The position numbers and the translations under genes were made by a program. From NCBI GenBank assembly GCA_951406725.2, contig OX597817.1, positions 98,704,001 to 98,768,000 of the forward strand: a stretch of 64,000 bases of DNA. The letters are read 5' to 3'. Every line of letters starts with the position of its first letter. Positions within the stretch are counted from its first letter, which is position 1. The DNA comes from Octopus vulgaris (Eukaryota). This document shows positions 63,884-64,000 of this stretch, piece after piece. The notes beneath the pieces are model-generated. The model worked only from the letters and a program-made list of their open reading frames with translations. It did not search any database and had not been told where the DNA came from.

Positions 63884-64000
63884 TTGGGTCATCCCATAAA
63901 TAATGCAGTTTTTTAAATACTTTTTTTATTTTTCAAAATTAAGATAAACAAAGTTCTTTTTTAATCTAAAATATACTCTCCTTCATTTTCTACAATGCCC
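63884..64000 (-). mobile_element. Mariner right end, continuing beyond the window
   Basis: TIR TTGGGTCATCCCATAAATAATGC followed by the reverse complement of the ...IVENEGEY coding end. Confidence 0.8.

Overview
AT-rich eukaryotic genomic DNA, dense in microsatellites and transposons. The repeat landscape resembles Octopus/coleoid cephalopod genomes; this is an inference from repeat families, not a database match. One host gene is supported, on the minus strand: the 3' end of an srGAP-like (SLIT-ROBO Rho GAP) gene, with an SH3 exon at 50890-51070 that the ORF track misses and a phase-compatible terminal exon at 26099-27131. Most of the rest is mobile DNA: Penelope-like (GIY-YIG) elements with inverted pseudo-LTRs, CR1/L2-group LINEs (one nearly intact), RTE LINEs, tRNA-derived SINEs sharing the LINE 3' tail, and mariner, hAT and Helentron-like remnants. 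Most short ORFs in the track are spurious. The most interesting signals are: (1) four minimal hammerhead ribozyme motifs with intact cores plus several decayed ones, tied to Penelope-like repeats including a ~3.9 kb near-perfect palindrome; (2) a TSD-flanked retroelement carrying only an ORF1 with a zinc knuckle; (3) a C4HC3 PHD-type finger in frame inside the reverse transcriptase of an RTE LINE. Element boundaries were read by eye and are approximate unless motifs are quoted.
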